Shown here piece after piece: positions 25,273 to 36,140 of a stretch of 64,000 nucleotides of DNA. The stretch covers positions 3,697 to 67,696 of the forward strand of contig CAWDMR010000009.1 in the NCBI GenBank assembly GCA_963803475.1. Direction: 5' to 3'. The position numbers and the translations under genes are program-made. The notes under the pieces were generated by a model, which saw only the letters and a list, made by a program, of their open reading frames with translations, was not told the origin of the DNA and did not search any database. Position 1 is the stretch's first letter. Each line of letters begins with the position of its first letter. The DNA is from an uncultured Solirubrobacterales bacterium. Its GTDB lineage: Bacteria; Actinomycetota; Thermoleophilia; Solirubrobacterales; Solirubrobacteraceae.

Positions 25273-27521
25273 ATGGAGCGTGGAGAGAGGGCCCGGCGAA
25301 CGGGCAAGAACCTGGTCCTGGGTCTGGCCGGGGTGCTGTTCGTGCTGGCGCTTCTGTGCGGCCCGGCCGCGGCCCGAACACGACCTTCGTCGTCCGCGGC
25401 AGCGCCGAGCAGGTGGACGTCACCGGCGCGCCGCCCGGCTCGTCGCTGAGCCTGTACAGCCATCAGGGCCACTGGTGCAGACCGCCACGGTCGAGCTCGC
25501 TCGGCGGCGCGCTGTTCCGCAACGTGACGCCCGGCACCGGCTACACCGTGCATCAAGGCACCGGTGGCAGTCGCCGCCGTTCACGGTGCTCTCCGATCGG
25601 CCCGCGCCGCCCAGCACGAGCATCTACAACCAGACGCTGCCCGACTAGCGGCTACGGCTACCTCACCACGCGTGACGGGACGAAGCTGGCGATCGACGTG
25701 CGCACGCCGGGCGGCACGGGCCCTGCCCGACGCTGGTCGAGTACGCCGGCTACGGCTACGCCAACCCGGCCGGCGCCGAGAGCGGGATCAGCCCGATCGC
25801 CACGCTGCTCGGGTTCGCGGTGGTGGACGTCAACATGCGCGGCACGGGCTGCTCCGGCGGCGCGTTCGACTACTTCGAGCCGCTCCAGAGCCTCGACGGC
25901 TACGACGTGATCGAGACCGTCGCGCGCCAGCCCTGGGTGCTCGGCCACAAGGTCGGCATGGTCGGCATCTCCTACGGCGGCATCAGCCAGCTGTTCGTGG
26001 GCGCCACCGATCCGCCGCACCTGGCCGCGATCGCGCCGCTGTCGGTGATCGACAACACCGCCACGACGCTGTATCCCGGGCGGGATCCTCAACACCGGCT
26101 TCGCGCTCTCCTGGGCCGAGGACCGGGTCCACGACGCGCTGCCGGCCTCGGCCACCGGTGGCCAGCCCTGGGCCTACCAGCGGATCCAGCAGGGCGACAC
26201 GATCTGCAAGGCCAACCAGGCGCTGCATCCCGAGGCGGTGGACCTGATCGCCAAGATCCGGGCCAACAAGTTCTACGTGCCCTCGGTGGCCGACCCGCTC
26301 GACGCCGATCACGTTCGTGCACAAGATCAAGGCGCCGGTGTTCATGGCCTGCCAGTTCACCGACGAGCAGACCGGCGGCCACTGCCCGGATCTCGCCGAG
26401 CACTTCACCGGCACCGCCAGAAGTGGTTCACGTTCACCAACGGCGTGCACACCGACTCGCTCGACCCGGCGACGTTCAACCGCTGGTACGACTTCCTGGA
26501 GCTGTTCGTGGCGCGGTCAGAAGCCCAGCTTCCGGCATCGATCAAAGCCCTGGCTCCGACGGTGTACAGCACGGTGCTCGGGATCAACGGCGTCAACCTG
26601 CCCGACGACCCGATCCAGGCCGAGCCGAGCTACGCGCGGCGCTGAGCGCGTTCGAGCACCTCGGCGGGTCCGGATCCTGTTCGACAACGGCGCCGGCAGC
26701 CTCACGCCGGGCAATCCGGTCCCGGCCTTCGAGCAGTCGTTCCCGCGCTTCCCGCTTCCGGGCACCCACGCGCGCTCGTGGTACCTGGCCGGCGGCGGGC
26801 GCGCTCAAGGCCACTCGGTCTGGAGGGGCTCGGCCGACGCGTTCACCTGGAACAAGTGCGCCCGGCCGGCCACCGACTTCACCGGCGACACCGGGGGCGG
26901 CGCGGAGGGCTGTGGACGCGCCACGCCGCCATACAACTGGACCCAGAACCCGGCCGGAACCGCGGTGTCCTACGTGACGCCGGCCGCTGCGCCACAACAC
27001 CGTCGTGGTCGGCGGCGGGGCGGTGCAGGCCTGGATCAAGCGTCCGCCAGCGACGTCGACCTCCAGGCGACGATCACCGAGGTCCGTCCCGACGGCAAGG
27101 AGACGTTCGTGCAGAGCGGCTGGCTGCGGGCCTCCGAGCGCAAGCTGGATCCCTCCGAGCACGCCGCTCGCAGCCGGTGCCCACCTTCCGCCAGGCCGAC
27201 GTCCGGCCGCTGCCGACCGGGCGGTTCGTGAAGGTCACGATCCCGCTGTACTACGAGGGCCACGTGTACCGCGCCGGATCCCGGATCCGGGTGACCATCT
27301 CGGCGCCCGGCGGCGATCAGCCGATCTGGGCGTTCGGCGAGACGGTTCCCTCCGCGCCCGCGACGGTGACGCTGGGGCACTCCCGCTGGATGCGGTCACG
27401 GCTGGTGCTGCCCGTGGTTCCGGGCATCAGCGTGCCGACCGGGCTGCCGCCCTGCCCCGGTCTGCGTGGCGAGCCGTGCCGGTCCTATCAGTCGCTGGCC
27501 AACCAGGCCGGCAGGCTTTAG
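25273..27521 (+). CDS. Secreted CocE/NonD family alpha/beta hydrolase (many frameshifts)
   Basis: Signal peptide, TTRDGTKLAIDV, VNMRGTGCSGG, GISYGG nucleophile elbow, SGWLRAS, HVYRAGSRIRV. Confidence 0.88.
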
Positions 27522-27803
27522 AGCCGGCAGGGGTGTCAAACATCACCCCTTGCGCCTGCGGCGGTCTGTGATAATCGTCCGCTGACACCAGCACGGAAAG
27601 GGGAACATCTGTGGGGGTCATGCGTGGACGCTCGGTGTGCTCCGAGCCGAACAGAAAATCTGCCGCCAGACACAAAGCCGGTCGTAACAAGCGGGCGGAC
27701 GTCGTGAGGCAGGCTCAGGGCCGCAACGGTCGGCGCGGCCATTTCAAGTCAGGAGGGATCCGGGGTCGCGAGCCTGTACGGCGCCCGCTGGGGTAGGGCG
27801 CCG

Positions 27804-28472
27804 ATGTCAGTTCGCACCGATGACCTGCCGCCGGCCATCGAGCCGCTTCCTTCAACAGCGCCTCGGGTCACGCGGGTCGCCATCGCCGACGTCCGGCGGT
27901 TGATCGCCGATGCATTCGCGGCTCTGGTCGGTCGGATGGACGGGATGGCCGTCGCGGGCGTGATCGCGTGCGAAGCCGCAATCTGCACCCTCCCCAAACC
28001 CGAGCCTGACCTGCTGATCGCCGGTGTAGGGGCCGACTCGGCCGACGGGCTCGAGCTCGTGCGGATGATCCGCCGCCGCTCGCCCAACCTGGCGATCGTG
28101 ATCGTGGCCGACCAGTTGGAGCCCAGCCTGGTGCGATTCGCGCTCGAGCAGGGCGTCAACGGGCTGCTGCCCAGCCACACCCCGGCGCGCGACATCGCCG
28201 CCTCCCTGGATCAGGTGCTCCGCGGGCACGCGGTACTGCCGGTCGGGTGGCAGCGCGCCCTGGCCCCGCAGGGCGACGGGCCACTCGAGTCCCTGAGCGA
28301 ACGCCAACGGGAGGTGCTCGAGCTGGTCGCCGACGGCTGCTCCTACGAAGAGATCGCCCGCCGGCTGTACATCAGCCTGAACACGGTGAAGTTCCACGTG
28401 CGCACGATCTACTCGCGCCTGGGCGTCCACAACCGACTCGCCGCCGCCCGCGCGCTGTCGGGGGCGCGGTAG
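27804..28472 (+). CDS. LuxR/NarL-type regulator with degenerate receiver domain
   Basis: LSERQREVLELVADG..EIARRLYISLNTVKFHVRTIYSRLG; receiver lacks the canonical Asp and Lys. Confidence 0.9.
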   Translation: MSVRTDDLPPAIEPLPSTAPRVTRVAIADVRRLIADAFAALVGRMDGMAVAGVIACEAAICTLPKPEPDLLIAGVGADSADGLELVRMIRRRSPNLAIVIVADQLEPSLVRFALEQGVNGLLPSHTPARDIAASLDQVLRGHAVLPVGWQRALAPQGDGPLESLSERQREVLELVADGCSYEEIARRLYISLNTVKFHVRTIYSRLGVHNRLAAARALSGAR

Positions 28473-28627
28473 GGTCCGGCGCGGGCCGCGCCCTGGCGCT
28501 GCGGGCCCGGGGCTCTGGTGGGTCGGGCTGCCAAACCTTGGTTCGCACCCGAATCAATTCGCGGTGTTGTCGGCGGCCGGGCCGGAGTCGGCCTGGGAGT
28601 CGGCATCGCCAGCGCCCGCAGGCCCTC

Positions 28628-28742
28628 CCCACCCCCAGGGGTGGGATGCCCACCCACCCGGTTCCGCGTCGGTCGCCACCCTACCGGTCGGGGGCAAACC
28701 ACCCGCGAGGCCGTTGTCCGGACTCGGGGCGAGCCCTACCTT
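28628..28742. promoter_or_regulatory. Candidate operator array of CCYACC motifs
   Basis: Perfect IR cccacccc-ca-ggggtggg (28628-28645) plus related half-sites near 28653, 28679, 28699 and 28735. Confidence 0.45.
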
Positions 28743-28809
28743 GGCCCCAATACGTGTGCGCCGGGGAGCCAACGGCGGGCGCATTTAAAACCAAGTGTTT
28801 GGGGGTTTC

Positions 28810-31246
28810 ATGAGCAGGAAGCACAAGCTCAAGGCTGGGCTTGCCTCGATCCTCGCCACGCTGGGCGGCGCAGCGGCCTTAGGCATGCTGTCCGTCGGTT
28901 CGGCGGGGGCGACCGCGACACCTCCGGATCCGCAGACGACCAACGTGCCGTATCTGGCGTGGGCCGGCGAGCAGATCCGGATGGTGAAGTGCTTCGAGGC
29001 ACCATCGGTCGATGCCACCAGCGGCCCGAAGTTCAATTTCTCCGCGGTTCGCGCCGAATTTCTGGTGGAGGACTGGAGTGGCGATCCGAACTTCAAGCCG
29101 CAGATCGAGGATCCCACGGTGAAGTTGTTCTTCTCGCGTACTCGGGACCAGGTATGCGCCCAGGGCGATGCCATCGCGCTCGACCCCGGCATGGCCCGGA
29201 TCGAGCTCGATGTCACCGACAGCGCGGGCGTACTGGGGCTGCCCAGTGGCGGCGGCCCGGCGGATCCGATGCTCAAGCACCAGTTCCTGGCTGGGTGGAT
29301 GACGCTCAACGACCCGTCGCTCAAGGAGCTGGCGGCGAGTGATTTCGCCGAGCACGGCGAAGACCGCAGCTACGAACGCGCTCGGCGATCCTGCCGGCGA
29401 CGGGCATTTCATCCCCGGCACCAAGCCCGGCATCCTGTCGGTGAAGGTCACCGGCTCGATCCCGATGAACGGCGCCTGGGCGTCGCTGGTCGGCAAGTCG
29501 AGCGTGACGCTGCCCGACGACTGGGCGACGCTGGCTAATGCGCTGGCGACTGACTCGAACCCCGCGGACGCCATCCGGCGGGTCGCGGTGGGACATCCAC
29601 GACGACGAGACAGACATCGAGGGTCATGTCGTCGGCAGCGTCTGCGGTGGCGGCACACTGCCGAACACCGATGCGGTCGACAACTGCCTCGGCGGCGGTC
29701 CCGACGGCCCGTTCTCACGGGTGTTCGGCGATACGTCGTCGGCCGGCACCTCGGTCGGGCCGTTCGACCCGCTGCGTCCGGACGACACGCTGCTCAGCAA
29801 CGGCACGCTCGATTCGGGCGATGCGCCGATGCCGGCGGCGCGGATCGACGTCAGCATCGCGCAGAACAGCGGTGGTGCGGGCGACATCAGCGGCGTCGGC
29901 TCGCTGGCACCGGCCAACAAGGCGGTGTCGTACTCGCGGGACTTCACCGGTAACCCGACCCAGCACAACCTGTACGCGCCGTTCTACAGCGCGTACATCC
30001 CGGCCACCATCGGCGCCCAGCGATGCGGCCTCCGGGATCGATGGTCCGGCCAAGGGGAACGACTTCCCCGGGTTCCTGAACATCGACCCGCAGTACCGGT
30101 TCTGGGATCTGGCCTACACGTTCGCGTCCAACGCGGGCGGGCCGACCAGCTGTCTGCGGTTCGGCAGACGACCCGCAGACCGACAGCCCGGCGACTAACC
30201 CCGGCGACTACTACCAGTTGCCGTAGGGCCCGTCGAGCGTGGCGGTGTACACGGATGAGCACGGTGAGGCCCAGGTGCAGTACGTGCCCGGCACCGGGTT
30301 CTACTTCAACAGCCTGATCCACAACGGTGCTGCAATCACCAACGCCAACGGCGGCTGCGACCTGCAGAACGTCAGGATGCTCGGGACGGCGGACATCTCC
30401 GCGGTCGCGCGCTACCCGTACAAGCCGGTCGACTTCCCGTCGATGACGTCGAACACGGTCCACAAGGACGTCAAGTCCCTGTGGAGCAAGACCCTGGCGA
30501 CTGTACCCGAAGGGTGCCGGCGCGGCGAACAACAACGCCCGGATCGTCGTGGCGCACGCGCAGGACATCGACGGTACGGCCGTTCGCGCGCGAGACCGTG
30601 TGCTTCGTCGCCAGAACGGGGAGAGCGTCTGACCTGGTTCAACGGCACAGTCGACGGGCGTCAACCTGGGTGGCACGATGCTGACGCGCGATCCCAGGGC
30701 GGCAATCGCCTGTGCATCAAGACCGATCCCAACGGCAACGCCGCGATCGAGGTGTTCGAGAGCAACCCGGTCAATGGTCGACGTGATCGCCGACTTCGCC
30801 AACGAGGGCATCCTCCGCGATATGATCGTCGGACTTCGGGACAGCTCGATCGCCCATCCGCCGCCGCCACCGCCGGTGGTCCGTGCAGGACCCGCCACCC
30901 AACCCGAAGACGCCGTCAGCCCACCTGTGCCGGAAGCTGGACTCGGCGGCGGTGGTGGTGGATCCACGATCCACAAGTCGACTCTCCAAGGTCACCAAGG
31001 CGCACCTGTACCGGTCGCTGCACGGTCGTGGCTACGTCGCGGTCGAGGTGTCCTCGAAGAGCAAGAAGGTGAAGATCCACTGCGGGAGACCTCGGTCACC
31101 ACGGTGGTTCACCACAGCCGTAATGGAAGGCACGTCACCAAGGTCTCGCACACCAAGACCATCACCAGACGGTTGCCGCGAACAAGCTCGTGAAGATCAC
31201 GGTGTCTAGTTCGGTGGTATCGGTGAGGGTGAAGCTCAAGGGCTAG
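28810..31246 (+). CDS. Large secreted protein of unknown function (~800 aa; frameshifted; in-frame TAG 30224-30226)
   Basis: Signal peptide MSRKHKLKAG...SAGA; continuous coding-like sequence across frames; Pro/Gly linker and Lys/His-rich tail. Confidence 0.8.
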
Positions 31247-31270
31247 CTCGCATCGCGAGCACGCTAATGA

Positions 31271-31294
31271 GGAGGCCCGCTTCGGCGGGCCTCC
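31271..31294. terminator. Hairpin between convergent genes
   Basis: ggaggcccgc-TTCG-gcgggcctcc, perfect 10-bp stem. Confidence 0.75.
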
Positions 31295-31307
31295 TTCGGT
31301 TAACCGC

Positions 31308-31994
31308 CTAGTTCGACTGGGCCGTGGGCCGGACCAGCATCTCGTTGACGTCCACGTGCGCAGGTTGCGAGACCGCGAACATCACCGCCCGGGCCACGTC
31401 GTCCGGCTCCAGTGCGTTCGACACCGGGTTGTCGAAGAACGGCGTGTCGACCATCCCCGGCTCGATCAGCGTCACGCGCACACCGGTGTCGTTGAGCTCC
31501 TGGCGCAGCGACTCGCCCATCGCCGTCACCGCCCACTTGGTAGCCGAGTACAGCGAGCCAGGCAGGGCCCGGCGGCCCGCGACCGAGCCGGTCAGCACGA
31601 AATGCCCACGTGCCTGCTGGATAGCGGGCAGGGCCGCGCGGATCGTCAACGCGGCTCCATATACGTTGGTCAGCACCATCGAGCGCCAATGCTCGGGCGA
31701 CTCGTTCAAAAAACCCCGCGCCGCGCCGAAGCCGGCATTGGCGAACGCGACGTCCAGCTGCCCGAAACGTTCCACCGCTACTTCCACGAGCGACTGCTGC
31801 TGGTCCCACTCGGTCACGTCGCAAGCGATCGCCAGGGCGCGCTGCTCGCCGCCCAGCTCCCGGGCCAGCTGCTCGAGCCGCTCGATCGACCGGGCCGCGA
31901 GCACCACGCGGTAGCCGGCCTGGGCCGCCTGGCGCGCGGTAGCCGCGCCGATTCCGCTCGACGCGCCCGTGATCAGGAACACCGGATCGGCCAT
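31308..31994 (-). CDS. SDR family oxidoreductase
   Basis: ITGASSGIG, NAG, YSATK, IEPGMVDT. Confidence 0.93.
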   Translation of the reverse strand: MADPVFLITGASSGIGAATARQAAQAGYRVVLAARSIERLEQLARELGGEQRALAIACDVTEWDQQQSLVEVAVERFGQLDVAFANAGFGAARGFLNESPEHWRSMVLTNVYGAALTIRAALPAIQQARGHFVLTGSVAGRRALPGSLYSATKWAVTAMGESLRQELNDTGVRVTLIEPGMVDTPFFDNPVSNALEPDDVARAVMFAVSQPAHVDVNEMLVRPTAQSN

Positions 31995-32006
31995 AGCCTT
32001 AACAGC

Positions 32007-33339
32007 ATGCAGGATCGCGCTCGCATTCACGTTCAGGCCGGACGCGGCGGTGACGGCTGCCTCAGCTTCCGGCGCGAGGCCCATGTCCCCAAGGGCGGGC
32101 CTGACGGCGGCGACGGCGGCCGCGGCGGCGACGTCGTGCTCGTATGCGACGACTCGCTACGCGACCTCGAGAGCTTCCGGCGCCGGGCCCACTTCAAGGC
32201 CGGGCGAGGGGGACACGGCCAGGGGTCGCTCCGCCACGGCGCCGACGGACACATGCTGGAGGTGCGGGTGCCCCCGGGGACCGAGGTGCTGGTCGAGGAT
32301 GACGGGACCCGACATGACCTGGTGCGCCCCGGTCAGCGGGCGTTGGTGGCCCGGGGAGGACCGGGCGGGCGCGGCAACAAGCGCTTCGCCGGACCCACTC
32401 ACCAGACCCCCAGGTTCTCCGAGCGAGGGCTGTCCGGGGCCGAGACGTGGCTCACGCTACGACTGAAGCTGCTCGCCGACGTGGGCCTGGTAGGGCTCCC
32501 CAACGCGGGCAAGTCCTCGCTGCTGGCGCGGCTGACGCGGGCTCACCCCAAGGTCGCCGACTACCCATTCACCACCCTCGAGCCGGTGCTGGGCACGCTG
32601 CAGACCGACGAGCGCCAGCTGGTGATCGCCGATATCCCGGGGCTGATCGAGGGTGCCAGCGCCGGTGCTGGGCTGGGCCATGAGTTCCTGGCTCACATCG
32701 AGCGGACCCGGCTGCTGGTCCACGTGCTGGACCTGAGTCCGGCGGACGGATCGGATCCAATCGCCAATCATGCGACGGTCGAGCGAGAGCTCGAGCTCCA
32801 CGACCCGCACCTGGCGGCGCTGCCGCGGGATCCTGGCGCTGTCCAAGGCCGACCTGGTGGATGCGAGCACGGCTGAAGGCGCGCGGGAAGCCTGGCGCCG
32901 AAGGGTCGGGCCGGAGGTGCCGGTGGTGGTGACCTCGTCCGCGACGCGGCAGGGACTTGGCGAACTCGCGGCGGAGATCGACCGCCGCATCCCGCCGAGC
33001 CACCGAGACCATGCGGGAGAGGATCGGAGCACCAGCCCGGACGGCCGCGAGCCCGCTGGCCCGGCCCCCGACGAGCTGGCCGCGCATCGCGTGTTCCGCC
33101 CGGCCGCCGAGCGCGCCTACCGGGTCGAGCGCGTGGCGCCTGGGAGCTACCGGGTCATAGGCCGGGGCATCGAGCGGCTGGTGGCGCGCTACGACCCGGA
33201 CAACGAGGAGGCGATGGCGCATCTCGAGCGCCGGCTGCGGGGGATCGGCGTGATCGACGCGCTGGAGGCGGAGGGATTCGAGGCCGGTGACGAGGTCGAG
33301 ATCGCCGGGGTGGCGTTTGAACTCGATCCAGAGGTGTAG
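32007..33339 (+). CDS. obgE: GTPase ObgE/CgtA (frameshift ~32828)
   Basis: GGPDGGDGGRGG, GLPNAGKSS, YPFTTL, DIPGLIEGA, C-terminal OCT-type domain. Confidence 0.96.
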
Positions 33340-33384
33340 GATCGCCACCCGGCCCCAGAGCCAGAAATACAGAGAGGAGACTGG

Positions 33385-34967
33385 ATGCGCCGTCGTACCG
33401 TTTCAGCCGGCCTGATGGTCGGGCTCATGACCGCGGCCGCGGTCCTAGCACCGAGCGCCGGTGCCCGGGTCCTTCGCGTCGGGTCGTACAGAGGGATTCC
33501 CGGCCAGTACAAGACGATCCAGGCCGCCGTCAACGCGGCCAAGCCCGATGATTGGGTTCTGGTCGGACCCGGCGACTACAAGACGCGGAACGGTCAGCAC
33601 CCGAATGGTGCGGACCAGACGCCCGCAGGGATTCTGATGACGACGCACGATGTGTACCTGCGGGGGATGAATCGCAACACCGTGATCGTCGACGGCACCA
33701 AGCCTGGCTCGGCCGTCTGCAGCCGCAAGGCCTCCGCTCAGAACTGGGTCCGCAGGGCTCCAAGGGCCCGCTGGGCCTGAACGGGATCATGGTCTGGAAG
33801 GCCAACGACGTATGGGTCCAGAACCTGACCGTGTGCAACTTCCTGCACGGCTCCGGCGATACCGGCAACGAGGTGTGGTGGAACGGCGGTGACGGCAGCG
33901 GCAAGATCGGCGGCAAGGGCTATCTGGGCTCTTACCTGAACGCGACCAGCACGTTCTTCAACAACGAGAGCACGGCGGCGCAGTACGGGATCTTCTCGAG
34001 CAACTGGAGCGGCGGGCTGTGGGATCAGACCTACGCCAGCAACTTCAACGACTCCGGCTACTACATCGGCGCCTGCCAACAGCAGTGCAACCAGGTCGTC
34101 AAGCGCGCACACGGCGAGTACAGCGCGCTGGGCTACTCGGGCTCCAACTCCGGAGGCCTGCTGATCGTCAAGGACTCCGAGTTCGACAACAACGAGGACG
34201 GGTTCGACACCAACAGCCAGAACGGCGACAACCCGCCGCCGCAGGACGGCGCCTGTCCAGCTGGACGCAAGCCTCCGGTCAAAGGCGCGGTGGGCTGCTG
34301 GGTGTTCACGCACAACTATGTCCACGACAACAACAACCCCAACGTCCCCGCCGCCGGGTCGGCAGCCGCCGGTCCCGTGGGCACCGGCATGTCGGTGTCA
34401 GGCGGGCGCAACGACACGATCATCAACAACCGGTTCGTGAACAACCACGCCTGGGGCGTGATCATCGTCCCGTATCCCGACAGCGGGCCGCCGTGCACCG
34501 GGGGGACCACCACCAACCCGATCGCGAGCTGCCTGTTTGACGAGTGGGGCGACGCCATCATCAACAATCGCTTCGGGCACAACGGCGGCTACGGCCATCC
34601 CTCCAACGGCGATGTCGGCAAGATAAACCTGGAGGACGGCCATCCAAGCGACTGCTACCGCGGCAACACCGAGATCGGCGGCGGCAGCCTGAGCCCGGAC
34701 TTGGTGGCTCTGGAGGCTGCCTTCCCCACCTGTGGCGCTCCCGTGCAGGCTGGGTCGAGCAACCCGAACTTCCTGGTCGAGGTGCTGTGCGACTCGCAGG
34801 TGTCGTTGGGTAGCGGGCCGCCCTCATGCCCGAGCGGGCAGTATCCGCGGCGCACCAAGGTAGTGATGCATCCGCTGCCCCAGGGGCTGCCCACGATGCC
34901 CAACCCGTGCAAGGGCGTTCCGGCGAACCCATGGTGCCCGTCGCGCCGGGGACGCCACCGCAGGTAG
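33385..34967 (+). CDS. Secreted right-handed parallel beta-helix protein (frameshift ~33745)
   Basis: Signal peptide, YKTIQAAVNAAKP.D.VLVGPGDY, Asn-rich beta-helix repeats (DSGYYIG, HNYVHDNN). Confidence 0.82.
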
Positions 34968-34980
34968 AACCGCGTAAAAC

Positions 34981-35010
34981 AGGGCGCGGCCCCGCAGGCC
35001 GCGCCCTTTT
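34981..35010 (+). terminator. Intrinsic terminator
   Basis: agggcgcggcc-ccgca-ggccgcgccct followed by ttt. Confidence 0.7.
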
Positions 35011-35021
35011 ATTCTCAGGCA

Positions 35022-36113
35022 ATGAGTTGCCTGGTGGTCAAGCTCGGGTCCAGCCTCGTCGCCGATGAGCGCGGGGAAGTGCGCACCGAGGTACTGGCCG
35101 CGCTCTGCGACCAGCTGGCCGAGCTGCACCGCGCCGGGCGGTCCCTGATCGTCGTGACCAGTGGCGCGATCGCCCGGGGCATGGGGGTGATGGCGCTTCC
35201 GATCCGGCCGCGGGCCGTCGACGAGCTTCAGGCGGCCAGCGCGGTCGGGCAGGGCAAGCTGTACCAGGTCTACGACGAGCTGCTGCGTGCCCGCGGCGTG
35301 GGTACCGCCCAGGTGCTGCTGACGTTCTTCGACATGAGCGCACGCACGCACTACCTGAACGCGCGCCAGACGCTCCGTCGGCTGCTGGACTGGCGTCTGG
35401 TGCCGGTGATCAATGAGAACGACACCACCACCACCGACGAGATCTCGTTCGGCAACAACGACTTTCTGGCGGCACAGGTGGCGATCCTGCTCGGGGCCGA
35501 GCGGCTGCTGCTGCTGACCGATGCCGAAGGCGTGTTCACCACCGACCCGCGGAGCAGCCCCGCCGCGCGGCTGATTCGCGAGGTGCACGAGTTCGTCGAG
35601 CTCGACGGACTCGAAATCGGCCACGAGAGCTCGCCGCTGGGATCCGGCGGTATGCGCTCGAAGGTGGTCGCGGCGGAGATGGCCACGGCGGCGGGGATCC
35701 CGACCGTGATCGCCAGCGGGCTAGACCCCGCCGCGATCCTCACGGCCGCCTCCGGTGCGCCGGTCGGCACCAGTTTCGCGGCGCGCTCGGCGCGGTACTC
35801 CAGCTTCAAGCTGTGGCTGAAGTACGCCAAGCCTGTGCGCGGCCGGGTGCTGGTCGACGCCGGTGCGGCGCGGGCGCTGCGCGAGGGGGGGACCAGCCTG
35901 CTGCCGGTCGGCGTGGTCGACGTCGTGGGGAAATTTGAGGCCGGGGACGCGGTCGAGGTCGCGCACGACGGGCAGGAGGTGGGCCGGGGAATCTGCAACT
36001 ACTCCGCCGACGAGCTACGCCGGATCCGGGGACTGAAGTCGGGCGACGTCCGCCAGCTGATCCCGCGCGCCAGCGAGGAGGCCGTGCACCGCGACTACTT
36101 CGTCCTGGCGTGA
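35022..36113 (+). CDS. proB: Glutamate 5-kinase
   Basis: VVKLGSS, VTSGAI, INENDT, FGNND, GGMRSK, PUA domain. Confidence 0.97.
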   Translation: MSCLVVKLGSSLVADERGEVRTEVLAALCDQLAELHRAGRSLIVVTSGAIARGMGVMALPIRPRAVDELQAASAVGQGKLYQVYDELLRARGVGTAQVLLTFFDMSARTHYLNARQTLRRLLDWRLVPVINENDTTTTDEISFGNNDFLAAQVAILLGAERLLLLTDAEGVFTTDPRSSPAARLIREVHEFVELDGLEIGHESSPLGSGGMRSKVVAAEMATAAGIPTVIASGLDPAAILTAASGAPVGTSFAARSARYSSFKLWLKYAKPVRGRVLVDAGAARALREGGTSLLPVGVVDVVGKFEAGDAVEVAHDGQEVGRGICNYSADELRRIRGLKSGDVRQLIPRASEEAVHRDYFVLA

Positions 36114-36140
36114 GGAGACCGTGCCCTAACCTTTAGCCCG

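Noticed and set aside
27680-27692. gtcgtaacaag match to the 16S rRNA 3' conserved motif
   Set aside because: Only 11 nt with no flanking rRNA similarity; chance match.
31356-32006. N-terminal extension of ObgE in the 506-aa ORF
   Set aside because: Antisense to the SDR gene; Obg homology starts at ATG 32007.
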